Source of the DNA: Hypanus sabinus
Lineage: Eukaryota
Direction of reading: 5' to 3'
Length of the DNA stretch: 64,000 nt
Assembly (NCBI RefSeq): GCF_030144855.1
Contig: NC_082714.1
Span: 134,974,001-135,038,000 of the forward strand
Within the stretch, counting starts at the first letter, position 1, and each line of letters opens with the position of its first letter. The position numbers were made by a program, and so were the translations under genes. The notes under the pieces were generated by a model, which saw only the letters and a list, made by a program, of their open reading frames with translations, made no database searches and had not been told where the DNA came from. Positions 25,355 to 38,487 of this stretch are shown one piece after another.

Positions 25355-27072
25355 CAGAATCAGGGTTAATATCACTGGCACGTGTTGTGAAATTAAATTA
25401 AATAAGTAGTGCAAAGAGAGGAAAATAAATACCATGATAGTGTTCATGGGATCATTGGCCCTTTGAAAACCTTTTTCTGAAACATTAAGTGTGTGTTTTC
25501 AGGCTACTGTACCTCCTCCTCGATGGTAGCAATGAGAAGCGGGCACGTCCTGGGTGATGGGGGTCCTTACAGTTGGATGCCGTGATCTTCAGCCACCACC
25601 TTTTGGTGGTGTGCTGGATGCTGGGGACACTAGTCCCCATGGATGAGCTGGCTGAGCTTTTAACTTCCTGCCACGTTTTTCGCTCCTGTGCAGTGTCAGC
25701 CGCCACCCCCCCCCCCCCCCCATACCAGACAAAGATGCAACCAGCTGGAATGCTCTCCATGGTACATCCGTAGAAATCTGTGAGTGTCTTTGGTGATATA
25801 TCAATTTTCTTCAAACTCCTAATGAAATCTAGCCGCTGTCATGCCTTCTTTGTAATTACATCAATATGTTGGTCCTAGGGTAGATCTTCAGTGATGTTAA
25901 TGCACTGATATGTGAAACTGCTCAGCCTTTCCACTTCTGATTCTTCAATGAGGACTGGTTTGTTTTCCTCAAATTTCCTTTCCTGAAGTCCACAATCAAT
26001 TCCTTGGTCTTAATGATACTGTGTACAAGGTTGTTGTGGTGACACCCCACAATTAGCCGATTTATCTCACTCCAGTATACCTCATCATTATCTGAAATTC
26101 TGCCAAAAATAGTTTCATCATTGGCAAATTTATACATGACATTTTAGTAGAGCCTAGCCACACCATTGTGGGTGTGGAGAGAGCAGAGCAATGGGCTAAG
26201 CATACGTCCTTGAGGTGTGCGAGCGTTGACTGTCAATGAGGAGGAGATGTTACTTCTGATCCACATAGACTGTGGTCTCCCAGAGAAGAAAGCAAGGATC
26301 CAGTTGCAGACTGGTGATACAGATTTTGGAGCTTTTTGATTAGAACTGAGGGTATGATTGTGTTAAACACTGAGCTGTAGTCAGAAAACAGTGGCTGATG
26401 TAGATATTCCTATTGTCTACAATTGTCCAGGTGATCCAAGGTCGAGTGGAGAGCCAGTGAGATTACATCTGCTGTAGGCCCATTGTGGTGATAGGCAAAT
26501 TGCAGCAGGTCTAGGTCCTTAATGAGGCAGTAGTTGATTTTGGCCATGATAAACCTCTCAAAGCATTTGATGTGAGTGCAACTAGGTGATAGTCTTTGAG
26601 AAAGCTCACCCTGCACTCCATGGGCACTGCTATGATTGTCACCCTTTCGATGATACTGGATTTCACTTTGTAATGGCCTGAAAACCTTGCCAGAGCAGAT
26701 GTCCATCCAATTCCATCTCCAACTTCAACCACAGTTATTTTATTAACCTTAAAATAGCCTTCTAGAGGTCATACCTGGACTTATTATATAGTTATGGATC
26801 ATCATTCTTGAATGCCACTGATCTAGCCCTCAGCAGACTGAAATTCTTGATTCATCCACGGCTTTTGGTTTGGGTATATCCAGTATGTTCCTGAAGGCAC
26901 ACACTCATCCACACAAGTCGTGATGAAGTTGATGATAACCTGTGGCATATTCATTCAGATTTGAAGATGATCCCTGAATACTTCCCAGTCCACTGAATTA
27001 AAGCAGTCCTGTATGCACTCCTCCATCTCCCTTTACCAGAAACTCCTTGCTCCTCACCACTGGTGCTGCAAA
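25355..27072 (-). mobile_element. Decayed Rex1/Babar-clade LINE (end of EN, RT and tail)
   Basis: KCFERFIM..LQFAY, YKFANDETI..TKELIVDFRKG and FYGCTMESI motifs across frameshifted ORFs; CTGATTCTG tail. Confidence 0.88.
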
Positions 27073-27409
27073 CATTAAAACAGCTTCCTAAAATCTACTC
27101 CACCAGCTTCATTTGTACATTTCAATAGGTCTCTGTAACAAAAGAATTAAACTACATCCATTTTAATTATTTATGCATCTAATATGCTTGATCTTAGCAA
27201 CTTTGCTTTTATTATTGTGCTATGAAATTTGTTGGAAATATTTCAAAAGGTAATGATAAATTGGAAAGGCTATTAAAATGCCCATGATAAACATTAAATC
27301 CAGAAAAGGCCTTAAATATAATACTCAAATGTACCAGCTCGATAAAACAGCTCAAGTCTGATTATTGATCATGAATACAACCTTATACACAAAATGTGTC
27401 AGATCACAT

Positions 27410-27570
27410 CTTTACTTTAATCCTTGTCGCTCCTTATGGAGCTTAGGGCCTCAACAGAAGTCCTCCACTTTCTGCGATCTCTGCAGATGTTTTTGCAGTC
27501 TCCCAAGTTTGGCCGGAGGCTTTCAGTTCATCCAAGTCAGATTACTTCAGTCCTCTTTATGTCCTTGAAG
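27410..27570 (-). mobile_element. RTE-clade 3' terminal stub
   Basis: Minus strand ARDRRKWRTSVEALSSIRSDKD* followed by a TAAAG-type tail. Confidence 0.6.
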
Positions 27571-29832
27571 CCACAATTGAATAAAAGGTACATGCTTACT
27601 TGTCAAATTGACTAAAGTAAAAAAAAGACAATAAACTGTAGAGGGAAAAAAAGTCTAAGATACAAAAATTCAATTGAGTTTAAAATCACATGCTAAAATT
27701 GCATTTTAGGCAGATCTCCAGGCCTCCTTGACCTGGTAGAGAACTCACCTTGGGTCTTATGTACTGCTCAGAGAACTTAAGCAGCAGCCGTTCTTATTAA
27801 CACACCATGACAGGGCATGACTTTAGCAGTCCTGTGCACCAGCTGAATGCAATATGTCCTGACTGAGGTCATGCTTGACCCTATCAAAGGGACAGCTTTC
27901 TCTGCCTGCAATTGCTGTGAGGGCATTCATTCTACAAATCTGAACCGTCACTTACAGCCTCAATTGCAGCCAGGGCCAACGCATAAGAAAACTGATAACT
28001 TTGATGCCAGCTGCGGAAAAAAATTAAAACGAGGAGATCCTGAGGTATGAGGGTGGAGCCAGCATTGACTGCTGTCAGTCATTGGCTCCATCACCAAGGA
28101 ACTTTCATATCCTATCCTCACTCAACCCTGTTTGGGTAAAAATACGGCAATAGGCAAGGGAGCACATGGCACAGGCATTATGGGTTTGCATAATTGATTG
28201 TGTGCTTTGATCATGCATCAAGGGTAAAGAAATGGGCTTGCTGTATAATCAAATTTCTGGGCTACAGTGTTTTAGGAAGTCAGATAGAAAATCAAACTAT
28301 TTATTTCCAGATACTCTAGATAGGTGTTTTTTAAAAAATAATGTTTCATTGTGATACATATGGGTCATGCCTCTGTCCTTTGATATAAGCCTATGAAACC
28401 ATCGAAGATGTGCTAACAGTGAAGTACCACTGCTATACTGCAGCCTAAGTAAATCATACCAGGAAAGTATTTAAATTATACATTCATGATTGTAGCCAAG
28501 ATCAATTTCTAACAAATATGTCTTAATGTATACTGGTCTACATCTGCTTAGTATGATGAACAGTCAATTATGAGCCTTGGCAACAGATCCTGACAATGAT
28601 AATAGATAATTACTTCTTTTTGTATGTCTGCTGTGATTATATGCTGACCAATAGACGGATTGAATTTCTACAGGGATTCCCCTATTTACTGCTACATTTT
28701 ACTTGTAACTCTGGTTTTTTTGATGTTATGATGAGAGATCAAGAACATCCATTGAAATTTTAGGTGCTACTCTGGGACCACACTTGATGCAGGATATTAT
28801 GCTCCAGGTGATCCTGATATGATTCATCTTACTTCATTGTAAAGATATATGTAAGACTTTAACACAACCAGTTCAAGATTTTTAAAGGATTACACAAACA
28901 TTCTAGATTGGCTTTAAAATGTGCACAATGTACCAGCATTTACTTATCTAGAGAACACCAAAGCCAATTTCCACCGCATCTCTCTTGATCTCATTAGAGT
29001 GAGAATTAACAAAAACTGGCACTTTCAGACTAGCAATGCTGTCTCCATCACATATGTGATATGTGGCCAAAATAAAAACTCCCAGAAATACTACCAAGTA
29101 TGTTAATGCACTGAAATGGAACATGGCATAAATCATATTTCAGATGAACTGATTTCTACATACATCACAGGTGGAGCTTGAAATCCAACATGAAAATTCC
29201 TAAAAGAAATGCAATTAAAATTTAAAGTAAACTGAAGGACTTCACAAACAGATAATATGGCCTTCATTACAGACTGTTCTATTGAACAGCAGAATGTACA
29301 TTTATCCTTATAAAGTGTCATACCATTCAAATCACTGAACAATGCCATGAGATCTTCTCATAGTACAATAAAAAATGGCATCTAGTGTGCAACTGCTGAT
29401 AAATACCCAGCAGATTTGTGAATCATTATGATAAAAAGGTTTAAAGGAACATAAAATAGGCATTTAAATGCAAAAAAGTGTTGGTACTTGAACAAAAAGC
29501 TACAATAATGAAGCCCAAGGCTAAGGATGTAGAATATTTTAACCACCATCATTGTTCCTTTAAAAAAATAGATTCTAAGGCTTTGAAAGAATAACTACAT
29601 TTCACTTACAGTCACGTATATCGTCCTTTATATCCATTAATACATTCTTCAAGAACAGCATATCTTCCAGCTTTAACCAGTTAAGAAACAAGAAATCAAA
29701 AGCATATTAATCTATTTCAAATTGTTTTTCAACACAAACATCATACGTTTGGTCTATCCAAAGTTCACTAGTTTAGCAATGGGACCATCTGAGTCTAAAC
29801 TTGGTAAGATCTGTAAAATGTCTGCTTTTTAA

Positions 29833-30770
29833 TCAAGATGGTGCAGATAAGTGGCAATTCTGTGTGCAGCTCCAATGGGAATCATCAAATATTCTTGTTT
29901 AGGACTGCAGCAGTTGAAATACACAGACAGAGCAATTCAGAAAGGCAACAATGTTTAAAAACATTTTAAAAATCTATTGATATTTGAATTTAGCAATATC
30001 AGCAGATCCTGAACTGCAGACTTGGGTTGTGAGTGCAGTTCCCTATTAAGAAAACAAATGCAAGACCGCATGTTGATCTACGGGTGTATTTGAAACTCAG
30101 AGGCTTTATATGGCCACTCCTGATTATACTGCTAGTGAATGTACAGTCTCTGGAAAATAAGATTGAAGACCTCGGAGCAAAATTGCAATAGCAAAGGGAC
30201 ATCAGGGACCATTGTGTTCATTGCTTTATGGAAACATGGCTCACACCCACAACTTCTGCAGCCCTAGGGTTTCACCATTCACTACAAAGACAGGAGAGCT
30301 CAGTTTTTAAAGGTAGAGGAGGTACAGTATGCTTTATGATTGATTCATCATGGTGCACAGATGTGCTGGTTCGATCTGCTCACCCAAGTTGGAACATCTA
30401 GCAGTCAAGTGTTGTCCATTTTATTGTCCTAGGAAGTTTTCTGCCATTATCATGGTAATGGTGTATATTCCACCTCATGCCAACATCAGACAGTTGTTAT
30501 CTGATCAGCTGTTACGAAACAGCACACCCTGGCACCTACCTGATCGTTATGGAGGTTTAAACTAGGTCAACTTGAAGAAGTCTCTGAACAACTACAACCT
30601 GTGGAACCAGAGGACTCAATACACTTGACTGTTCTTATACCACTATCAAGAACACTTACCATGCAATCCAAAGCCCAGTCACCTGGCTGTACCTCTACTC
30701 CTGGCATATACAGTATGCAGAGACTAAAGCCTGCAGCACCAGTGGTGAGGGCTAAGAAATTATGGACAAT
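29833..30770 (+). mobile_element. Rex1/Babar-like LINE 5' part (5'UTR and APE endonuclease, decayed)
   Basis: Starts CAAGATGG; LLVNVQSLENK, CFMETWL, LEHLAVKC.PFY.PRKFS..VYIPP motifs. Confidence 0.8.
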
Positions 30771-30802
30771 TTCATCATGGTGCACAGATGTGCACAGATG
30801 CA

Positions 30803-31225
30803 CATCATGGCTGATCCTGGATCACACTTAATCCCATACACCCGCCTTCTCTCCGTATTCTTTGACGCCATAACCAATCAGGAACCTATCAACTTCCATC
30901 TTAAATATTCCCATTGACTTGGACTCCACCACAGTCTGTGGCAGAGTATTCCACAGGTTCACTACTCTCTGGCTGAAAAAAATCCTCCTTACCTCTGTTA
31001 TAGAGGGTCGCCCCTGAATTTTGAGGCTGTGCTCTCTAGTTCTGCTACTCTCACCATAGGAAACATTCTCTCCACATCCACCCTATCTAGTCCTTTCAAC
31101 ATTTGATAGTTTTCAATGAGATCCCTGCATTCTTCTAAATTCCAGTGACTCCAGTCCCAAAGCTGCCAAATGCTTTGCATACGTTAATCCCTTCATTCCT
31201 GGAATCATCCTCTTGAACCTCTCCT
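30803..31225 (-). mobile_element. CR1 3' fragment; continues at 34230-34293 after the nested LINE
   Basis: DLIENYQMLKGLDRVDVERMFP; junction GAACCT|CCTCTGGAC is restored when 31226-34229 is removed. Confidence 0.85.
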
Positions 31226-34200
31226 GTTCAAGATGGCGCCGCATACGGCAACTGTTTTGCAAGCTCCATTCCAAATCTACAGTATATTACTAATTTCTAC
31301 AAATTTCTTAGCATTTTCTGTTCAAGTAGCTGATGGACACATTAGATATGATAGACAGATCCTTCTGAACATTGGGAAGATGGCATTTACCCACAATGTG
31401 CCACCTTTCTGACACTGGGAACCCCTGCTTGTGTAATCCATGGGAGACACATCTCTCACACCGTCACTACCTCAGAAGAAGCGCCGGAGGTGAGGGAGAA
31501 GGGCCGACATCCCAGTGAGGCTGAGACGGTGAGCTAGTCGGCTGCCACTCTGTAGCGTACTCTTGGCTAACATTCAGTCCCTGGACAACAAGCTGTGCAA
31601 ACAGAGATCCAGAATCTCCTACCAACAGGAAACAAAGGATTATAATGTTTTGTGCTTTGTGGAGACCCGATTGACAGAGGAGATACCAAATCATGCCGTC
31701 GAATCTGGGTTCTCCCTGTTCTGGGCAGACAGGTCAAAAAACCTCTCTGGGAAGAGTAAAGGAGGACCACTATGCTTCATGGTCAACAATGCTTGGTACA
31801 ACCCCCAGAATGTGCATACCCTAAAACCTTGTGTTCCCCAGACCTGGAATACTTGGTGCTGCTATGCAGACCCCACTGGCTGCCTAGGAAGTTCATGGCT
31901 GTTACCATCACAGTAGTGTACATTCTGCCGCAGGCTGATACTGACCTGGCTCTCGAGGAACTGTACAAGACTATCACCACGCTGGAGGCTGCACACCCAG
32001 AGGCCGCCTTTATCATCGCCAGTGACTTTAATCGAGTAACACTAACAAAACTCTCTCCAAAGTTTTGTCAGCACATCAAGGTGAGCACTCGTGGAGATAA
32101 CACACTTGACCACTGCTACACTCTCTTCTGCAACACTTACAAAGCTCTCCTTCACGCAGCTTTTGGAAAATCAGATCACTCTTTGATCCTTCTTTTGCTG
32201 ACATACAGGCAGAAGCTGAAACAAGAGGCAGCCATAGTTAAAACCGTGCACTGTTGGTCCGACCGTTTGACCTCCATGCTTCAGAACTGCTTCAATGACA
32301 TCGACTGGAATATCTTCTATGATGAGGATGTCTCTGAGTTCACGGATGGATGAAGTCACGTGCTTCATCCGAAAGTGCATTGATGATGTTGTGCCTCGGA
32401 AGTCAGTCAGGGTCTTCTTGAACCAGAAACCCTGGATCAGTAGTTCTGTGTGAGCAGCACTTACCATGTGACATGGAGCTTACATTGCCAGTAATCAGCA
32501 GAACTTAAGAAAAGTAGCTACGATCTGCACAAGGCGATTCAGGCTGCGAAATAACAATATAGGGACAAGACTGAGTCAAGATTCACAACGAATAGCACAC
32601 ATGACTTGTGGCAAGTGTTGCATGCCATGGCAGACTTCAAAGCCAAACGTTGTGGTGCCACCGACATCGTGGCTTCTCTCCCAGATGAGCTCAATCGCTT
32701 TTATGCTCGATTCGATGTCGCTCACTCTGAGCCTCTGAGGAAAGACACCACTGCAACTTGGTCATCTCTGAGGCTGACGTACACAGATGTTTCCAACAAG
32801 TGGACAGTCACAAGGCTACAGGACCAAACAGCAACCCAGAGTGAGTACTCAGGATATGTGCAGCACAACTGGCAGGTGTGTTTACTGACATTTTTAATCT
32901 CTCCCTCCCCCAGTGTAGAGTGCCCTCCTGCTTCAAATTATCCACCATTGTCCCTGTGCCAAAAAAGACCAAGGTAACTTGCCCGAACGACTGGCGTCCT
33001 GTCGCACTCACATCAATAATAAGCAAATGCTTTGAGAGGCTGGTCAAGGACTACATCTGCAGCTCGCTACCACCCAAACTGGACCCCCTACAATTTGCCT
33101 ATTGACACAACTGATCGACAGACGATGCAATAGCCACAGCTCTACATACAGTCCTTACACATCTGGAGAAGAAGGATGCCAATGTGAGAATGCTGTTCTT
33201 GGACTACAGGTTAGCATTCAACACCATAATTCCATCCAGACTTGACAGATTGCCGGTGGTAGTAAGAGTGGGCTCCATCACCTCCACCCGTCTGACTCTC
33301 AATGCAGGTGCCCTTCGGGGCTATGTACTCAGTTCCCTCCTTTACTCCCTGTATATCCATGACTGTGTTGACGCCCACAGCTCTAATCGGCTAATTAAAT
33401 TTGCCATCAACACTACACTGATTGGCCTAATCTCAAACAATAACAAGGTGGCCTACAGGAAAGAAATCATCTGACACAGTGGTGTCAAGAAAACAACCTC
33501 TCCCTCAATGTCGCAAAAACAAAGGAGCTGGTTGTGGATTACAGGAGGAATGGAGTCGGGTTAACCCCTATCAACATCAATGGATGTGGGGTTGAGAGGG
33601 TAAACAAATTTAAGTTCCTCGGCATCCACATCACTGAGGACCTCACATGGTCACATGGTCTGTGCACACCAACTGTGTGGTAAAAAAAGGCACAAAAGCA
33701 CCTTTTCACATCAGACAGTTGAGAACGTTGGTATGGGCCCCCAAATCCTAAGAGCTTTTTACAGGGGCATAATTGAGAGCATCCTGACTGGCTGCATCAT
33801 TGCCTGGTATGGGAACTGTACCTTCCTTAATCTCAAGACTCTGCAGAGAGTGGTGCGTACAGCCCAGCGCATCTGTGGTTGTGAACTTCCCATGATTCAG
33901 GACATTTACCAAGACAGGTGTGAAAAAAGGGTCCAAAGGAACATTGGGGACCTGAGTCACCCCAACCATGGTCTATTACCATCCAGGAAACAATACCATT
34001 GCATAAAAGCCAGAACCAACCGGCTCCAGGACAGCTTCTTCCACCAGGTCATCAGACTGATTAACTCACACTGATTTGAGTGTATTTCTGTGTTATATTG
34101 ACTGTTCTATTTAGCATAGATTATTATAAATTACAATGAATTCACATTACACATTTAGACAGAGACGTAACATGAGGATTTTTATTCCGCTTGTGTACGA

Positions 34201-34229
34201 AGTATGTAAGAAATAAAGTCAATTCAGTT
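31226..34229 (+). mobile_element. Near full-length (about 3.0 kb) Rex1/Babar-clade LINE with disrupted APE-RT ORF
   Basis: 5' CAAGATGGCG at 31229; APE (ANIQSLDNK, CFVET, GG..C, SDFN, TLDHCY, GKSDH); RT ([29 protein letters not shown]); C-terminal RTNRLQDSFF; AATAAA at 34212; many stops and frameshifts. Confidence 0.95.
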
Positions 34230-34295
34230 CCTCTGGACTCTCTCCAATGACACATCCTTTCTGAGATATGGAGCCCAAAACTGCTGACCATACAA

Positions 34296-35036
34296 TTTCA
34301 TACTCAGTGTCAGTAAGACTAATGAATTGATTGTGGACTTCAGGAAGGGGAAGTTGAGGGAACCCACACCAGTCCTCATTGAGGGATCAGCAGTGGAAAG
34401 GATGAGCAGCTTCAGATCCCTAGGTGTCAACTTCTCTGAAGATCTGTCTTGGGTCCAACATATTAATGCAATTACAAGGAAATCATGACAGCAGCTGTAT
34501 CTTATTGGGAGTTTGAGGAGACTTGGTATGTCCTCAAAGACGCTTGCAAGTTTTTACTGCAATATCATGGAGAGCATTCTGACTGGTTACATCATCATCT
34601 GGTATGGCGGGGCCACTGTACAAGATCAGAAACAGATGCAAATAGTTGTAAACTCTGCCAGCTCCACCATGGGCACTTGCCTCCCCAGCATCAAGGACAC
34701 CCTCTGAAAGCAATGCCTCAAGAAGGCAGCATTCATCATTAAGGACCCCCATCACCCAGAACATACTGACTTCTCATTGGCACTATCAAAGAGGAGGTAC
34801 ACACTCAACATTTCAGGAAAGCTTCTTCCCCTGTGCCATCAGATTTGTGAATGGGCAATGTACCCATGAACATTACCTCACCATTTTTTGTTGTATATTA
34901 TGTTTTGTATATTTAGTTTTTTTGTTTTAATATATATTATGATTTATAGTTTTCAAAAAATATTATTACATATTGCAATGTACTGCTGCCACAAAATAAC
35001 ATATGCCACTGATATTACACTGATTCTCATTCTGTT
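34296..35036 (+). mobile_element. Rex1/Babar-like LINE 3' part, probably the continuation of 29833-30770
   Basis: SKTNELIVDFRKG..FYCNIMESILTG..WYG; CTGATTCT-type tail. Confidence 0.85.
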
Positions 35037-36796
35037 TGTCATTCTTTTTTTTTTGGAAAGCTTAGATCTCTTACCCTTTTTGAACTGTATTGCCAAACAC
35101 AGGGCAGGCATCAAGTAAATGTAAATACATTGTAAACCTTTCTTGTGGTAGATGAGTTTTCATTAGGTTTCACTGTAATCATTATTGGATTCATTTTCAT
35201 GGAGACTCAGACCCTTAATTTCTGGTTCAAAGCTGTAGGCAATCCTCAAGCCTCACTGAATTTCACTTAAAAGCGTGTAATATGCTGAGCAATGTTTATT
35301 ACATGGCACACAATCCCATCTCTGTATTATAGCATATTGCTCAATTTATGGCAAATAATGCTTTGAGAGTCTCTGGTTGAGATTCTTTAATCTGCATATC
35401 TGTTTACTTTTTCAATTGATTGTAACCTGAAATGGACTAATTGGCATATTATTTTAACATCCTTTGAATGTGATATAAATCAATTTAAATATTTATTCAA
35501 TAGCATGATCAAAAATAATTTCCAGCCTTCTACAAACAAGAAAGAATTTAGTTTTCCAACTTTTGGTTATGAATAAAACTTCATTTTAAAAAATGTAAAT
35601 TATTGTACATTTCCAGGAAATTATTTGCCATATGAAAGCCGTGATGACCTCTTTTTCTAACTCTGTGGCACAGATGTACTACCTCAAAACTTCACGTAAT
35701 TGTTTTGAGTTAGGTTATTCACAATAACTAAAGGTTGACTGAAAAACATGGAGCTCAAAATGATATACCCTTCAAATAAGCGACAAGATATTCTGTAGGT
35801 GCTGAGACTTTGGGAGTCTGTGTCTATTGAGTCAACTTATTTGACCTGAAGTGATTTCAAAGTACAAAATATTAGCTTTAAATTTGATGCTTTTGGTACA
35901 TGTAAACACAATGCTGGAACTAACATTTAGCATAACATCTCCCACCTTGCTCAATTAACAATAGGGGATTTCTTTGTTTAATTCCATTGATGGTCCTGTT
36001 CCTTTATGCATAACTATACAGTGATATTGTTTATCCAGAGTAATTAATATGTACTATTGCAATACTTCAAGTTGTTCATCGATAAATACTGTGACATTGG
36101 CTTTGAATGAAACCAACAGCTTGTCTGAAAAGGTGACCTTCTTACGAACCTAATACAACATTTTCTGGATGACTAAAGCTAAGCATTATTGAACCATTCA
36201 AAAATGGTAGTCAGCATTCTACAGGATCAAACTTAAAGTATATTACATTTAACGTAACGCTGCTAGATAAGAAATGACAGAGCGGTGTACCGCCAACTGT
36301 TAGCACAGCTGTATGTGATATATTTGAAAGACAGACTGTAAATGTACTTTCAGTTTAAATGGATGTGCCAGTGTTCTTTAAGTGAAGTGTCAATTTTAGT
36401 TTAAAAATGATTGGTTTCCTTATCTACATTCATAAGCTACTTTGACTGACACTCGCATACTTAATAGAAATAGGTGCATTAATTAATTGAATATTTGACT
36501 ATTATTCCATAAATGTCCCTGATTGCCATGCCACTATATGATGCCCTTTTGTACTGTATCACTTGTGAATATAAAGTGAAATAATTTTATATATAATAGG
36601 TTAGGACAAACCAGTTAAATACAATAGAGATTCAATTTAAATGGGAAAAATTACAGTCTCAGTAACAATTATCAACCTAGGGAATTGACAGTAAAAACAC
36701 ATATTAAGTTTTACAGGTATGAATTCCGTAATACCTCCTTTAAAGATCAAATCAGATATCCCTTTTCCCATATTTATTGGAGATCCTTTATAGGTA

Positions 36797-37105
36797 ACAC
36801 ACACAAAATGCTGAAGGAACTCAGCAGGTCAGGCAGGAAATGACTAAACTGTCAACGTTTTAGGCCGAGACCTTTCTTCAGGACTGCAAAGAAAGACGCC
36901 AGAATACAAATTCGGAGGTAGGAAAAGGAGGATAGCTCGAAGGTGATGGGTGAAGGTGGGTGGGAAAGGAATCTGATCAATAGGAGAGTGCACCATGGGA
37001 GAAAGGGAAGAAGGAGGGACACTAGGGTGAGGTGATAGGCAGGTGAGATGCAGTAAGAGGCCAGAGTGGGGAACAGAAGACAGGGAAAGGGAAGAGAAAA
37101 ACATC
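36797..37105 (-). mobile_element. Penelope pseudo-LTR fragment with degenerate hammerhead
   Basis: Minus strand 36886-36849 CAGTC-CTGAAGA-A-AGG-TCTCGG-CCT-AAAA-CGTT-GACAG; purine-rich body similar to 56700-56900. Confidence 0.8.
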
Positions 37106-37516
37106 TATAAGTAGATGTTTTGTTTAAATAAATGAAAAACATATTCTAACATTCAGAAATAGACATAGAGATTATGGAGCAAATAATTAAGTTTCGGCAT
37201 TTACATTTTTGCTATTTGATATTGGAATTTCGCATCTAAGATGCTATGTGTTTTTTCAATATGAGAAAAGGATTTTATTGTTTGAAATTAAATACAAACT
37301 AGATGCAAGGGATAAAATATCCAGTACTTAAGTATTCATCAGCCCAAACTAAGTGAATGACATGAACCTCCAATGTGGTTCTTAGACTAACTAATGGGAA
37401 GGAAGAGCAATCTTCCCTTGCTAAATCATTAAAAGAACTGCAGCATTAAAGACAAAAGAAGAATATTGTCTCATAAATAAGTGGACATTAACATAACACC
37501 CTCATCAAATCAAGAG

Positions 37517-37850
37517 TAACACACACAAAATGCTGGAGGCACTCAGCAGGTCAGGCGGCATCTATGAAAAGGAATAACCATTCAGTGTTTCAGGCTTAAA
37601 TCCTTTGGAAAGGGACAGGAAAGAATGGGGGAAGAAGCCTAAATAAGAATATTGGGGAGGGCAGGTAGATGATAGGTGAAGCCAATTTAGGGGAAAAGTA
37701 AGTGGATGGGGGTGGGGTGAAGCAAGAGGAGATAGGTAGAAAAAGTTAAGGGTGAAGAAGAAGGAATCTGATAGGTGATGAGAGTGGAGGTCCCTTTCAT
37801 AACCTCACTTTCCACTCCTATCAGATTCATTCACCTCCCACTGCATCTCA
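37517..37850 (-). mobile_element. Penelope pseudo-LTR fragment with a short internal inversion
   Basis: ACACACAAAATGCTGGAGG.ACTCAGCAGGTCAGGC end; GAATCTGATAGG...CCTATCAGATTC inverted pair near 37765-37830. Confidence 0.75.
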
Positions 37851-38229
37851 CACATGATAAGACTTAAGCAGATAAGAAAATGCTGTGTTTTCAAATAGTT
37901 TTCCTTTGGATGTACCAGAGCATCTTACAGCAAATGAAGTATATTTGAATTGCAATGTTAGCAACAAGGTAACTTTTAGGACATATTATACTCCTACAAA
38001 CAGCAACATGATGGTTTGTTCTTGCAACGTTGAATGAGAACAAAAATAATCAGGACATAGTGCTTAATTCCTTGGCTCTTTTTCCAAGTCATGTAAACTT
38101 TGATGTCAACCTGAGAGTACATTTCAAGTCTTAGTTTAGCATTGCACCACAATGTTATTCCTCCAACTCTGCTCGCTGCCACTCGTAGCAGAAGTAGGTC
38201 ATATTTTCCCCAGAGTCTCCTCCAATTGT

Positions 38230-38465
38230 CGATAAGATCATAGATGGTCTGAGTTTTCACTCTGCCCCTGATGATCAGCATTAACCTGAGTACACTGTAA
38301 TCCAAACTCTATCTCAGCCTTGAATTTACTTGATGACTCAGCTTACACAGTTCTCTGAGGCCAAGAATTCCTAAGTTTCACAGCCCACTGAGAGAAGAAA
38401 TTCTTTATCATCTCAGTTCTTTACTGATTCCAAAGAAAATGTCCCTAATTCTCAACTACCCTGTC
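38230..38465 (-). mobile_element. Old CR1 3' fragment
   Basis: GAATTCC..CACTGAGAGAAGAAATTCTTTATCATCTCAGT corresponds to the antisense of the RNFFSQ..WNSL region. Confidence 0.6.
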
Positions 38466-38487
38466 GGTCAGATGTTCCCCTGTGTTT

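Noticed and set aside
28052-28092. Hairpin as a pre-miRNA
   Set aside because: Stem too short (about 16 bp) and no recognised mature miRNA
28948-29136. 62-aa minus-strand ORF with a hydrophobic stretch and a KR site, resembling a secreted peptide precursor
   Set aside because: No recognisable family, no ATG-led start and no supporting exon structure; hydrophobic runs arise easily from T-rich DNA
31226-34229. Active autonomous LINE or domesticated RT gene
   Set aside because: Multiple frameshifts and stops, and the catalytic FADD motif is degraded to FAIN
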